From assembly GCA_963663165.1 (NCBI GenBank), contig OY760175.1:5600001-5664000 (forward strand): a stretch of 64,000 bases of DNA. The letters run 5' to 3'. How positions within the stretch are numbered: the first letter of the stretch is position 1; each line of letters begins with the position of its first letter. Below the pieces are notes generated by a model. It had not been told where the DNA came from, made no database searches, and was given only the letters and a program-made list of their open reading frames with translations. Below, in pieces: positions 29,998 to 40,442 of the stretch. This DNA comes from an uncultured Desulfospira sp. (lineage in GTDB: Bacteria > Desulfobacterota > Desulfobacteria > Desulfobacterales > Desulfobacteraceae). Position numbers and translations under genes: made by a program.

Positions 29998-32112
29998 CTA
30001 TGGGGCTTCGGAGTGGGCGCCCGCGCCCTGGGCCTGAATCGCGGTGATCGCCACGGTATTGACGATATCCGCCACCAGGCACCCCCGGCTCAAATCATTG
30101 ACTGGCTTGTTCAGCCCCTGGAGAACGGGCCCGACCGCCACAGCTCCCGAAGACCGCTGAACCGCCTTGTAGGTGTTGTTCCCCGTGTTCAGGTCCGGGA
30201 AGATGAGGACCGTGGCCTTTCCGGCCACCGGGGAGTCCGGCAATTTGGTCCGGGCCACGTCAGGCTCCACCGCCGCATCGTACTGGATGGGGCCTTCCAC
30301 TAACAGATCCGGCCGTTTTTCTTTGACCAGGCTGGTGGCCAGGCGGACCTTATCCACATCCTTGCCTTTGCCGGAACTTCCCGTGGAATAGGACAGCAGG
30401 GCAACCCGAGGCGTAATCCCGAACATCCGGGAGGTTTCAGCGGATATGATGGCGATTTCCGCCAGGGTTTCGGCATCGGGGTCCGGGTTGATGGCACAGT
30501 CCCCATAGGCCAGGACTTTATCGGCTAAGCACATGAAAAACAGGCTGGAAACCGAATTCATGCCCGGCCGGGTCTTGATGATCTCAAAGGCCGGCTTGAT
30601 GGTGGCGGCGGTGCTGTGGACCGACCCTGAGACCATGCCGTCCACCAATTCATGGTAAACCATCATGGTGCCGAAATAATTTAAATCCATTACCCGGTCC
30701 GCCGCCACTTCCCGGGGAAGCCCTTTATGTTTGCGCATTTCGTAATAGGTCTGGGTGAACAGATCTATGTACGGGGAGGTGTGGGGGTCTATAATGTCTA
30801 TGCCCCCCATACGGAATCCCATCTGGCCGATCTTTTTTAAAATTTTTTCCCGGTTGCCCAGAAGGGTAATGTCCACAATTTCCCTTCTGTACAAAATTTC
30901 AGCGGCATGGAGGATCCGTTCTTCCTCCCCTTCGGGCAGGACAATCCGTTTTTTATCGGCCTTGGCTTTCTGGATCAGCTCGAATTCAAACATCTTCGGG
31001 GTCACCGTGGTACTCTTGGTGGTAATGACCTTTTCCGACAGCAGGCCCGTGTCAACGCTCCGGTCAAAAAGGGCCAGGGCCCGGGTGATTTTCCGGTGGT
31101 CACTGGGGGAAATTACGGAACGGATTTTTTCCACTTCCACGGCGGTCTGAAAGGTGTCTGTCTGGACACTGAGGACCGGAACCATGCTTTTAAAGCCCTT
31201 GATCACCTCGGCCACAGCCCCTTCGGGAACAAGGCCTCCGGTCAACAGGATGCCGGAAATTTGTTCCATGGATGTGGAAGATATGGCCGCAAGACATGCC
31301 ACAATGATATCGGCCCGGTCCCCCGGGGTGATGATCAGGGTGCCGTGCTGGATCCTTGGAAGAAAATTTTTCAGCTGCATGGCGGCCACGGCAAATCCCC
31401 TGACATGGCGGTACAGCTGTTTTTCCCCGAACAGCACCTCGGCGTTCAAGGCTTTGGCCACTTCTGCCACGCTGGGCTTGCCGATGACGGCTTCGTCGGG
31501 AATGGCAAAAACCAGCTGCCCGCCGCTTTGTTTTCCTTGCTTGACCTGGTCCACCACCCGCTGTGACTGGCCGTCCTGAACCCGGTTGATGATAATGCCG
31601 ATAATCTGGCACCCCCGCTGCTCTAGAGATTCCATGGTCAGGTTAATGGGCAGAATGGTATCTTCCAGGGTTTTTTCAGCGGCATTGGCCACCAGAAGAA
31701 CCGGGCAGGCCAGATCTTTGATGATGATGGCATTGATATCAAATTCAAGGCCTGTGGTAGATGTCTTGAAATCGGTCCCTTCACAGAGAATAAAGTCCGA
31801 ATACTTTTTAGCTTCATTGTATTTTTCAATAATCTGCTCAAAGACTTCTTCTTTTTTTCCCTGGGACAGCAGGGCGTCCGCATCTTTCTGGGTGATCCCG
31901 TACATGGCCTCATAAGGGATGCTGAGGCTGAACTGGGTTTTCATCAGCCCGATGTCGTGGTCCATGCCGTCTTCACAGGATTCCGGGTTGATGATGGGCC
32001 TGAAAAATCCGACCTTGTCTATTTTCCGGTGCAGCATTTCCATTACGCCCAAAGCAATAGCGGATTTGCCGCTGCCGGCTTCAGTGGATGTAATATATAA
32101 ACAGTTTGACAT
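29998..32112 (-). CDS. pta: Phosphate acetyltransferase (long form)
   Basis: N-terminal P-loop/DRTGG, IVLPEG, GNNTYKAVQR, NDLSRG. Confidence 0.95.
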   Translation of the reverse strand: MSNCLYITSTEAGSGKSAIALGVMEMLHRKIDKVGFFRPIINPESCEDGMDHDIGLMKTQFSLSIPYEAMYGITQKDADALLSQGKKEEVFEQIIEKYNEAKKYSDFILCEGTDFKTSTTGLEFDINAIIIKDLACPVLLVANAAEKTLEDTILPINLTMESLEQRGCQIIGIIINRVQDGQSQRVVDQVKQGKQSGGQLVFAIPDEAVIGKPSVAEVAKALNAEVLFGEKQLYRHVRGFAVAAMQLKNFLPRIQHGTLIITPGDRADIIVACLAAISSTSMEQISGILLTGGLVPEGAVAEVIKGFKSMVPVLSVQTDTFQTAVEVEKIRSVISPSDHRKITRALALFDRSVDTGLLSEKVITTKSTTVTPKMFEFELIQKAKADKKRIVLPEGEEERILHAAEILYRREIVDITLLGNREKILKKIGQMGFRMGGIDIIDPHTSPYIDLFTQTYYEMRKHKGLPREVAADRVMDLNYFGTMMVYHELVDGMVSGSVHSTAATIKPAFEIIKTRPGMNSVSSLFFMCLADKVLAYGDCAINPDPDAETLAEIAIISAETSRMFGITPRVALLSYSTGSSGKGKDVDKVRLATSLVKEKRPDLLVEGPIQYDAAVEPDVARTKLPDSPVAGKATVLIFPDLNTGNNTYKAVQRSSGAVAVGPVLQGLNKPVNDLSRGCLVADIVNTVAITAIQAQGAGAHSEAP

Positions 32113-32340
32113 GATAAATCCTTAGGTTAGTATGATGTTGCTAAATTTTTAATTTTTAAATGGCAGGGAGCTTTCCGGTATATCAGGAATGCGAATTCTT
32201 TCTCAACCTACTGGACAAAACCTAGGGTACATTTATACAAGAATTGCCGGGAAAAGCAAGCCAAACCCACAGGGTGATCGCATGTAACTTGCCTTCCGGT
32301 GATGTCAATTTAGATGATAAGGATAATAATGTATATTGTT

Positions 32341-32422
32341 GAGACTTGGGATATGGGATATGGGACTTGGGGAGGCCGTGGATGCCGCAATCCCCAGGTC
32401 CCATATCCCAAGTCCCAAGTCC
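32341..32422. repeat. Inverted heptamer repeat arrays (GGGATAT/GGGACTT)
   Basis: gacttgggatatgggatatgggacttgggg...ccccaggtcccatatcccaagtcccaagtc. Confidence 0.8.
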
Positions 32423-32519
32423 AATTTTTTGGAGATTATTCTTATTTCCCATTCCAGGATGGCTTATTTTTTTACATGCGATTGCCCTGGCCAAACCCAT
32501 TTTTTTGCCCAAAAATCGT

Positions 32520-34430
32520 TTATTGATAAAATTGTTCTATTTCAGGTTTTAACCTTGCAAGGACCACGTTCCGTTTCACTTTCATGGTCGGGGTGATCTC
32601 CCCGGTCTGTTCGGTGAGCCGATGGTTGAGAATGGTGTATTTTTTGATGGTTTCAAATTCGTCAAGAACACGGTTGGCCTGATCAATTTCCCGGGCTATC
32701 AAATCTTTCAGTTCTTGTTTTTCCAGAAAATCATCCCCAACGGCAACACACATTCGGGCGGGGCCCAGATCCGAGAATTCAAGGGCGGATGCGTCATACC
32801 CTATCTGGCTTTCGTCAAAGTATTCAATAAACGCATCAAAATCCGGGATCACAAAGGCGGCCACAAATTTGCGGTTGTCGCCTACGGGCACCACCATGTC
32901 GATAAACTTTGAAAGAGCGAAACAGCTCTCAATCTTGGCAGAGGGGACATTCTTGCCCGTATCCAGCACCATGAGCCCTTTTTTCCGGTCCACAATTTTG
33001 ATGTATCCGTCGGCCAGTTCTTCTACGATGTCTCCGGTTTTATAAAATCCGTCTTCGGTGAAGGCCTCCTTCGTGGCCTCAGGGTTGTTCCAGTATTCTT
33101 TCATGTTGTTAGGGCCCTTGACCAGCCATTCCCCATCCGGGCCAATCCGTCCTTGAACACCAAATGCCAGGGGGCCGACACTGCCGGGCAGCACCTTGTC
33201 CGGCCGGTTCAGGTTCACCGTGTTGCAGGTTTCCGTGGCCCCGTACCCTTCGTATATCCTTACGCCCATGGCCATGAACAGTTTGCAAAGATCCGCCGAA
33301 AGGGCACCGGCTGCCGAAAAGGCAAACCGGAACCGGCCGCCTAAAAGATCCCGCACCTTGGAAAACAGGATTTTGTCCACGAACCGGTATTGAAGCTTGA
33401 GGGGCAAAGGCAGCCCTGAAAACAGGTCTGTGTCCGGCCCCATGTCCACAAATCCATCCTTATCCGCCCTGGTGTCCACCACCTTTTGGCCAATGGAAAG
33501 GGCATAGTTGAATATGGCTTTTTTGATCGGAGACAAGGATGCCTTTGCCCGCATGGCCATGAAAATACGTTCGTAAATCCGGGGCACGGACATGAAAATG
33601 GTGGGCTTGAAAACCTGAAGGTCATCCACCATGGTTTTTGGGGTGGAATAGGCAATGGTGGCGGCGCAGTGCATGGCAACGCCGTGGCCGCATTCACGTT
33701 CATAGGTATGGGCTAAGGGCAGAAAAGACAACAGGACATCTTCGGGGTCGATATATCCCAAGATGGTCATATCCCGCCGGCACGCCGCATTCATGCTTTC
33801 ATGGGTATGGACCACGCCTTTGGGTTTTCCCGTGGTGCCCGAGGTGTAGACAATGGTCATGTTGTCTTCAAGCGCGACAGACTTCCACCGGTTTTCATAG
33901 GCGTCCGGGTTATCTTCGGTAAATTTTTTCCCCATATCCCGCAACTGCTGAATCCCGATTACATCCGGGAAATCCGGCACAAATTCCGGATCCAATACCA
34001 CCATTTTTTCAAGATCCGGCATAAGATCTGCTCCCGGCAGGATCTGTTTCAGAATATCTGCATTCTGGACAAACAGGACCCTGGCACCGGAATCATTGGC
34101 AATATAGGCGGCTTCCTTATCCGACAAGGTGGGATAAATGCATACCGTGACGCCCCCGGCGCACAATATGGCATAATCCGTCTGCATCCAGGCAGGGCTC
34201 GTATGGGACATGAGGGCCACCCGGTCACCTTTTTCAATCCCCAAGGCCATGAGACCGCAGGCGGTCTGTTCTACCATTTCGCCCAATTGGGAAAAGGTCA
34301 GTGACTGGACATTGCCCTGGTTGTCTTTCCAGCACTGGGCGGTTTTTGAACCAAATTCATCAACATTTCGGGCAAGCAGTTCGCAAAAGGTCTGGGTGCT
34401 GATGTACCATTTCTTGGCAGGGTTGCTCAT
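32520..34430 (-). CDS. Long-chain fatty acid--CoA ligase (AMP-forming)
   Basis: YTSGTTGKPKG, EGYGATE, KTGD, DRKK. Confidence 0.9.
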   Translation of the reverse strand: MSNPAKKWYISTQTFCELLARNVDEFGSKTAQCWKDNQGNVQSLTFSQLGEMVEQTACGLMALGIEKGDRVALMSHTSPAWMQTDYAILCAGGVTVCIYPTLSDKEAAYIANDSGARVLFVQNADILKQILPGADLMPDLEKMVVLDPEFVPDFPDVIGIQQLRDMGKKFTEDNPDAYENRWKSVALEDNMTIVYTSGTTGKPKGVVHTHESMNAACRRDMTILGYIDPEDVLLSFLPLAHTYERECGHGVAMHCAATIAYSTPKTMVDDLQVFKPTIFMSVPRIYERIFMAMRAKASLSPIKKAIFNYALSIGQKVVDTRADKDGFVDMGPDTDLFSGLPLPLKLQYRFVDKILFSKVRDLLGGRFRFAFSAAGALSADLCKLFMAMGVRIYEGYGATETCNTVNLNRPDKVLPGSVGPLAFGVQGRIGPDGEWLVKGPNNMKEYWNNPEATKEAFTEDGFYKTGDIVEELADGYIKIVDRKKGLMVLDTGKNVPSAKIESCFALSKFIDMVVPVGDNRKFVAAFVIPDFDAFIEYFDESQIGYDASALEFSDLGPARMCVAVGDDFLEKQELKDLIAREIDQANRVLDEFETIKKYTILNHRLTEQTGEITPTMKVKRNVVLARLKPEIEQFYQ

Positions 34431-34650
34431 GGGGTCCTCCTTGTGGTGTTTGAGATGAATCTGATCCGGGCCATAGTCTGTACCATCTTGCTTAAAGCAA
34501 ATTTAAAATAGGGTGTCAATATCATTCCAGGGTAACCGCATTTATAATCCGGCATGATTTTGGGTTATCGGTAGTGAATTTAATGTAAAAAACGGAGACC
34601 GTTAGACCGCTATACGGGAGACCGGATGAGGCGGTGTTGTTGGGTCGGCC

Positions 34651-34678
34651 GTAGGGGCGATTCATGAATTGCCCCTAC
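34651..34678. repeat. GTAG-type REP-like palindrome
   Basis: gtaggggcgattcatgaattgcccctac. Confidence 0.65.
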
Positions 34679-34903
34679 ACCGTCATCACATGTAATGTAA
34701 AAATCCAAGATTCAATTTTATTCACCGGTGTTTCAGGGGCATTGTTTTATGTTGTATTTGATTGCGACGGGTTGAATCTTGGCCCCTTTTAAATTCCCCC
34801 AAACCGGAAAAATTCGTTATTCAGGATGAAATTTTCGTAACCCGGTTGGGGTGTTTGGGAGCCCTGTTTTATAATAGTTTTGAAAAATCAGAGGGTTACA
34901 TTG

Positions 34904-34919
34904 TGGCATGCCCCTTGCT
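34904..34919 (+). promoter_or_regulatory. Sigma54 -24/-12 promoter
   Basis: TGGCATGCCCCTTGCT, GG-N10-GC spacing, upstream of a PEP-CTERM-type gene. Confidence 0.75.
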
Positions 34920-35055
34920 CTTGTAAAGGGTGACGGACCAAGGCAGGCATCAGGGACAGTGCCCTGAACCCCTTGCGCCCGTCATCAATAATTCCCGGGG
35001 CCGGGAAAAGGGTTTTCCGGCTCAAAAATTTACCATTGAAAAAAGGAGAAAAATC

Positions 35056-35625
35056 GTGTTCGACTTAAGAAAAGGTATTCTGGCTGGTTTAGTAGCGGTC
35101 CTTGTGGGCCTTGCACCGTCTGCATGGGCGGCTTCCTTTGTCAACGGCAACCTGAGCATGGAAATTACCATCAGTGGCATGGACTCGGTTGATTTGTCCG
35201 GCTTTGACATGGAAATTACCTATGACAGTTCATTGCTCGACTTCAGCGGTTATGTTCTGACCGATGAGCTGGGCAGCATTGATGACGGGCAAGCCGTAGA
35301 CAACAGCTATGGCGAGGAAGATGCGTTCACACCGGGAACCATCACATTAAGCATGGTTTCCCTGCTGGATGCTTCAGATCTTGCCAGCCAGTCTGATGAT
35401 TTTGTTCTGGCCACCCTCTATTTCTGGGGGGATGAAGAGGCGATTTCAGGGGTAAGCGTCAGTTCCCTTGACATTTCCATTGCCAATGTATCCCTTAATG
35501 CCATCTCTTTTAGCATTGATGTTGAAACTAAGGCCGCTGAAACCGTCCCCGTTCCGTCGGCTTTCAGCCTCCTTGCCTTAGGCCTGATGAGCCTGTCACA
35601 GGTGGGAAGACGCCGCAAAGCTTAA
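35056..35625 (+). CDS. PEP-CTERM/VPLPA-CTERM-type surface protein, cohesin-like domain
   Basis: GTG after aaggag, signal peptide, C-terminal VPVPSA-TM-RRRK. Confidence 0.8.
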   Translation: MFDLRKGILAGLVAVLVGLAPSAWAASFVNGNLSMEITISGMDSVDLSGFDMEITYDSSLLDFSGYVLTDELGSIDDGQAVDNSYGEEDAFTPGTITLSMVSLLDASDLASQSDDFVLATLYFWGDEEAISGVSVSSLDISIANVSLNAISFSIDVETKAAETVPVPSAFSLLALGLMSLSQVGRRRKA

Positions 35626-35657
35626 AAATTTTTTGTTCAATCCTTTGTTTTAAGGGT

Positions 35658-35695
35658 AAATGTCCTGGGAAATTTTTCTCCCAGGACATTTTATT
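35658..35695 (+). terminator. Intrinsic terminator
   Basis: aaatgtcctggga...tcccaggacattt followed by T-rich sequence. Confidence 0.75.
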
Positions 35696-35741
35696 TTCCG
35701 GCCAGGGCCCGGGCTTGGCCAGGGCAAAGGCATGCCCCATT

Positions 35742-36389
35742 TTACAGAGACGTCAGCCCCTCCCGGATAGCGATCTTGGTCAGGCCGGCAATGCTGTGGA
35801 CGTTAAGCTTGTCCATCATTTTTCTGCGGTGGGTGGAGATGGTTCTTTCGCTGATGTGGAGGCGGGCTGAAATCTGAACTGAAGAAAATCCCTCGGCAAT
35901 CATCTGAAGGATTTCTTTTTCCCGGGAGGTCAGGGTCATGGCTTCAGAACAGTCATTAAATTTTCGTCCCTGGATAAAATCGTTCACCAGCATTTCCGAT
36001 ATGGCAGGGCTTAGGTACCGGCGGCCCTGTAAAATGGTTTCCACGGCGGCAATTAATTCTTTGAACATGCAGTTTTTCAACAGGTACCCGGATGCCCCGG
36101 CATCCAGCATGCCGGTCACATACCGGCGTTCTGTGTACATGGAAAGGACCAGGATTTTAATTTCCGGCTTTTGGGCCAGAATCTGCCGGGTCGCCTCAAT
36201 CCCGTTGAGTTCCGGCATACTGATGTCCATGACCACCAGATCCGGCTCCAGGGACAGGGCCAGTTCAACGGCCTCCCGGCCGTTTTCCGCCTCCCCGGCC
36301 ACGGCCATGCCTTCCCGGCTGTGTATCAGGGAAACCAGACCCTCACGGGTAATATGATGATCATCTGCCAGCAGGATGTTAATGGTCAT
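35742..36389 (-). CDS. NarL/LuxR-family response regulator
   Basis: LLADDH, MDISMP, LTSREKEILQMIAEG. Confidence 0.92.
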   Translation of the reverse strand: MTINILLADDHHITREGLVSLIHSREGMAVAGEAENGREAVELALSLEPDLVVMDISMPELNGIEATRQILAQKPEIKILVLSMYTERRYVTGMLDAGASGYLLKNCMFKELIAAVETILQGRRYLSPAISEMLVNDFIQGRKFNDCSEAMTLTSREKEILQMIAEGFSSVQISARLHISERTISTHRRKMMDKLNVHSIAGLTKIAIREGLTSL

Positions 36390-36525
36390 GGTTACACTCT
36401 TTTGTTCCGCATTTTTCCGGGTCAGCCCCGGTTATGCCGCCAGCCACGATCACCATAAAGGAATTCCCGGGTTGAGGGGGCCGGCCCATGAGGTCATACC
36501 AGGTCAGAACCCGGTATGTCAATTT

Positions 36526-36707
36526 TTATATGAAAGTCTCACTAACAAGCTGAAAAGACTTTTATTTTTCGTTGAGGGCGGTGCTTGGTTGGATAACCAA
36601 GGCGGCCCGTGGCCGTTTATATGAAAGTCTCACTAACAAGCTGAAAAGACTTTCATTTTTCGTTGTGGGCGGTGCTTGGTTGGATAACCAAGGCGGCCCG
36701 TGGCCGT
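36526..36707. repeat. Two tandem copies of the 91-bp double-hairpin repeat
   Basis: Units at 36526-36616 and 36617-36707. Confidence 0.92.
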
Positions 36708-36801
36708 TATAAGAAACTGGAGACAAGAAACAAGAGACAAGAGAGCGAAGCACCTGCGGTGCCCAATTTATAGCCTGTCGTTGCCGGTATCTTCAGTTTC
36801 A

Positions 36802-37794
36802 TTATGGCCTTTCCCACGTCCTGACCAGAGATGACATCAGGCAGAGGCCAAGGTCATAGGCCACATCTTCAATGGTTTTCAGCTCGGGCCCCTTTGGCTG
36901 GAACCCCTGGTCGGTGGCCACGTACTCTGTGGCCTGATTCTGGTTTCCCAATTTTTTATAGGCATCATCTGAACCGGCAACCGCCAGGATCCGGCCGGTT
37001 TTGATCTCTTTGGCAACGGTCTTGAAGACATAGCCGCCCCGGGTCCTTTTGACGAGCATTTCAATATAAATGTCTGAATAATAGCTTAATGCCGACATTT
37101 CGATGTTTTTTTCCGGCAGGTCAACGGTGTTGTTTGAATTATACCGCATGGCCATGAGCCGGATGATGGTGGCCCGGTCAACAATGTTGGCCCCGGCATT
37201 GAGAAATCCATTCATGAATCCATTTTCGATGCGCCACATATTTTCTTCGATAATGGGAGACCGGCTCCCTGCCAGATCGTTTTTGGTCTGGGTGGTGACC
37301 ACAAGGGTGCCGTCAGCCACTTCCATGTCAAGCCCGCTGCTTTCCCCTGCCAGGCTGTATGAGGCCGGGCTGATGAAACCGTTTCGTTTATAGGCCGCAG
37401 CGCTGCCGTCCACCAGTTTGAGCGAACCGCTTTTGGTCGCCGCGAACCGTGAGTTGCTGGACCACTCCTGGATTTCATCGCTTAAATACCGGTTCATGAA
37501 AAGGGTCATTCTCGGTGACTTTGCCTTTCGATAAGCCTTTGAAAAGGCCTGGACCATACTGTCATTATTCTTTGCGTCTTCTGACGTCCGGGAGGGAATG
37601 GGTTGAACCGTTACGGGGTTTAATCCCCGGTAGGTATCGGCCGGCGACCGGTTCTGGCCCTGGTTCTTCATGGGGTCAAGCGGGGCCGTACTGCCCGGCG
37701 GGGTCGGCTTGTCTAAGTAAATGGTTTCGGTTTCGGCAAAGACCGTGGCCTGGACCAGGATGAAAACCAAAACAGCGGCGCCTAATTTTTTCAT
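36802..37794 (-). CDS. Secreted hypothetical protein (CsgG/TolB-N-like C-terminus possible)
   Basis: Signal peptide; AKEIKTGRILA-type strand motif. Confidence 0.65.
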   Translation of the reverse strand: MKKLGAAVLVFILVQATVFAETETIYLDKPTPPGSTAPLDPMKNQGQNRSPADTYRGLNPVTVQPIPSRTSEDAKNNDSMVQAFSKAYRKAKSPRMTLFMNRYLSDEIQEWSSNSRFAATKSGSLKLVDGSAAAYKRNGFISPASYSLAGESSGLDMEVADGTLVVTTQTKNDLAGSRSPIIEENMWRIENGFMNGFLNAGANIVDRATIIRLMAMRYNSNNTVDLPEKNIEMSALSYYSDIYIEMLVKRTRGGYVFKTVAKEIKTGRILAVAGSDDAYKKLGNQNQATEYVATDQGFQPKGPELKTIEDVAYDLGLCLMSSLVRTWERP

Positions 37795-37795
37795 G

Positions 37796-38323
37796 TTATC
37801 TTCCCTCTCTGACTTCAATATAATAATAGCCAATGTCATGGACGCCAATGGAGCTTTCTTTGTATGAGGCAACCGAATTGGCCGGCAGATAGATTCTTTT
37901 CCATGCGCTGGGGTCTTCTAACGGGGCCTTCATGTAATCAAAAAATTGCACCCGGCACTGAATCTGCAAATCATAATCCGTCCGGTTCCTGAACATGGCC
38001 CATGCCTCAAGGGTGTTGGTGGGAGTCCGCCGGGTGTTGGTGGATTCCACAGCGATTTTGCCGATTTTGCCATGTTCCTTGACCCCGGTAACGGAATTTT
38101 CATAAACGTACCATCTTTGAAGGGAATCATCCAAAATGGCCACAGAGTTCATCCGGACCTGGGCGATCCCGCCCGGGGAATTCTCCACACGGACACCCGG
38201 GGACGGCCCCTCGACAATTTGTGTGGTCTCCGTACTGGTATGGGTCGTGGTCACGCCGCAGCCGCTGAAAATGAGCAGCGCCGCCCCGGCTGAAAGTAAA
38301 ATCAGTGATAAATCAGACTTCAT
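37796..38323 (-). CDS. YcfL/DUF1425-like lipoprotein
   Basis: Lipobox FSGC, RNRTDYDLQIQCRVQFFD, W..IYLP. Confidence 0.65.
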   Translation of the reverse strand: MKSDLSLILLSAGAALLIFSGCGVTTTHTSTETTQIVEGPSPGVRVENSPGGIAQVRMNSVAILDDSLQRWYVYENSVTGVKEHGKIGKIAVESTNTRRTPTNTLEAWAMFRNRTDYDLQIQCRVQFFDYMKAPLEDPSAWKRIYLPANSVASYKESSIGVHDIGYYYIEVREGR

Positions 38324-38431
38324 ATTTTTTTCTCCTTTGCAGGTGAAAACGCCTGGGCGTTCACCCCTTATGGTTACCGGCCGGGGTATCGTTAAGGCTT
38401 TCCAATGGCCGTTACCCGGAACGGTCAAGGG

Positions 38432-39664
38432 TTAAGACTCGCGGCTGGACAGCCAGACAACGGAAATGGGCCCGTCGGTCTTCCGGACGGACCGGATTTT
38501 TGTAAAATCATCAATGAGATCCCCCTGATCATTCTTAAACCGGAACTCAAGCGTACTTTCGCCTTCAGGCAGATCCACCATCAAAACATGGACCGCATCA
38601 GGCAGGTTGTCCCAGTACCGGGTGTCGGCATGGGGCCGGGCATTCTGGGCGATGGCCATATTGGCCACTGCCACCAGGCCGATGGCACCGCTGATGGCAC
38701 TGACGGTCCCTGAATTGTCAAATAAAGGGGCGGCCATCATTCCGGCGCCGGCGATATCCCCTAATGCGGCACCGGTGTCTGCGGTGGTCTGCCTGAACAC
38801 GGCCTGGCCTTCCAGGATTTTATCAACGGGCCGTCCCCCCCGGCTGGCGGCCTGAAAATAGATATCCTCAATCATGAACATGGGGGCAAAGCCGCCGTTG
38901 TTTAAGGAGGCCTCAGCCCTTTTTTCCTGGAACCCTTTACCCCTGCGAAACTTTAATTCGGAATGCCCGGGGCCGTCGGCAAGCTTTCGCGGAGAGGTGC
39001 CGGTTTCCATGATGACCAAAGTGTTTTTGCTCAGATCCAGGTCAAATTCAGGCCTGATTTTTTTTAATTCGTCGATGACCTCCCGGGCAAATTGAGCGTC
39101 CCCGGCAGCATGTGATGAAAGGGCCTCAAGGAAAATCAGCAAGGCAAAGTCACACCGGAACTGCTCTTCTTCTGCAAAGGCATCCTGCTGGATACCGGAC
39201 CTGAAACAGGCCCTGGCGTTTTCATAATCTTTGTCCATCAGGAACATAATTCCGCTGTAATAAAAGGCCATGGCCCGTTCATAGGGTTCCCCCCTGAATT
39301 TTTTCATCCCCTCTTCATACCAGAAGCTTCGGGCCTTTTTAGCGGTCTCGTTGTTGGCGTAAATGGCGGATATATCGTTCCTGACAATGTCAAATGATGA
39401 CTTTGCATACCCGTATTCCTGAATCTCAAGGGCTTTCTTGCCGATTCTCATATGGTTTAAAACGGCGTTTCTATCCTGTTCTTCCATCAGTGTTTTATAG
39501 TAAGGCTTCAGGGGGGCGGGTTTGTCGGCGAGGCTTTGTTCCAATACCGGTTCAGGGATTTTGGCCGTTTCAAATGTCTGCCGGGTGGCACACCCGGACA
39601 GCATGGACAGATTCAGGCCAAGAACAATCCCCCACAACAGCCGCCTTGAGGTTAAATTCATCAT
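38432..39664 (-). CDS. COG3014-like TPR lipoprotein
   Basis: Lipobox LSGC, GEPYE, ADTRYWDNLP. Confidence 0.75.
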   Translation of the reverse strand: MMNLTSRRLLWGIVLGLNLSMLSGCATRQTFETAKIPEPVLEQSLADKPAPLKPYYKTLMEEQDRNAVLNHMRIGKKALEIQEYGYAKSSFDIVRNDISAIYANNETAKKARSFWYEEGMKKFRGEPYERAMAFYYSGIMFLMDKDYENARACFRSGIQQDAFAEEEQFRCDFALLIFLEALSSHAAGDAQFAREVIDELKKIRPEFDLDLSKNTLVIMETGTSPRKLADGPGHSELKFRRGKGFQEKRAEASLNNGGFAPMFMIEDIYFQAASRGGRPVDKILEGQAVFRQTTADTGAALGDIAGAGMMAAPLFDNSGTVSAISGAIGLVAVANMAIAQNARPHADTRYWDNLPDAVHVLMVDLPEGESTLEFRFKNDQGDLIDDFTKIRSVRKTDGPISVVWLSSRES

Positions 39665-39667
39665 AAG

Positions 39668-40336
39668 TTACCTGTAGATGATGTCGTCCTGGGCGAATTT
39701 CTTGAATTCATACATGTTCGCCCAGACTGGAATGGCGGTTTCCAGGTCAATGAGTTTGAATACGATCTGGGTGTACCGGGATACTTTTCCGCTTCCCGGT
39801 TCGGCCTTGTCAAGGGACATGATTCTGCCAGTCAGCCTGAAGTCGGCACCGGCCACAGCCGCGGTCTGGGACAGCGTGCCACCGCTCACGACGCCGGTCC
39901 GCTTCAATTCTCTTTCCTTCTGGACCATTCCAATGGAGTTGCGGTCAATAAAAATAATCCGGCCCTGTGATGACCGGTTCAGACTGACCATCAGCCTTTC
40001 GGTGATCAGTTTTTTGTTGATCACACTGGAACTGTCGTTGACAAAATAATTGTCATCAATGATTACCAGGGGCGGGGACTGCCTTCCCGCAATAGACGGG
40101 GTTGCCAGAATATCACGCATCATCCGGTCCGTCATGCTGACAACGTCCTGGGATTCGATTCCCACGCCGGCAACAGAGCCGGTTTCGCCGGGATCTTCAT
40201 AAACCGTCGGCCGCCCGGCCGTATTGTCAACCCTTGTGGTGGTGTTGGTATGGGTATGGGTATAAGTTGATGTTGTGCATGAACATAAAGATATTAAAAA
40301 AAGGCTGAACAGTACCAAGATTGCTTTATTCATCAT
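39668..40336 (-). CDS. LpoB/CsgG-like lipoprotein
   Basis: Lipobox LCSC, GADFRLTGRI, KLIDLETAIPVW. Confidence 0.75.
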   Translation of the reverse strand: MMNKAILVLFSLFLISLCSCTTSTYTHTHTNTTTRVDNTAGRPTVYEDPGETGSVAGVGIESQDVVSMTDRMMRDILATPSIAGRQSPPLVIIDDNYFVNDSSSVINKKLITERLMVSLNRSSQGRIIFIDRNSIGMVQKERELKRTGVVSGGTLSQTAAVAGADFRLTGRIMSLDKAEPGSGKVSRYTQIVFKLIDLETAIPVWANMYEFKKFAQDDIIYR

Positions 40337-40442
40337 CGCAGACCTTTTCACTTCGATCCCTCGAACAGTAGATAGTCCCTGGATCAATGGTTGATGTGGA
40401 CAGAACTTTATAAAGGGCACTGCCGGGCAGTGCCCGGGCCGT

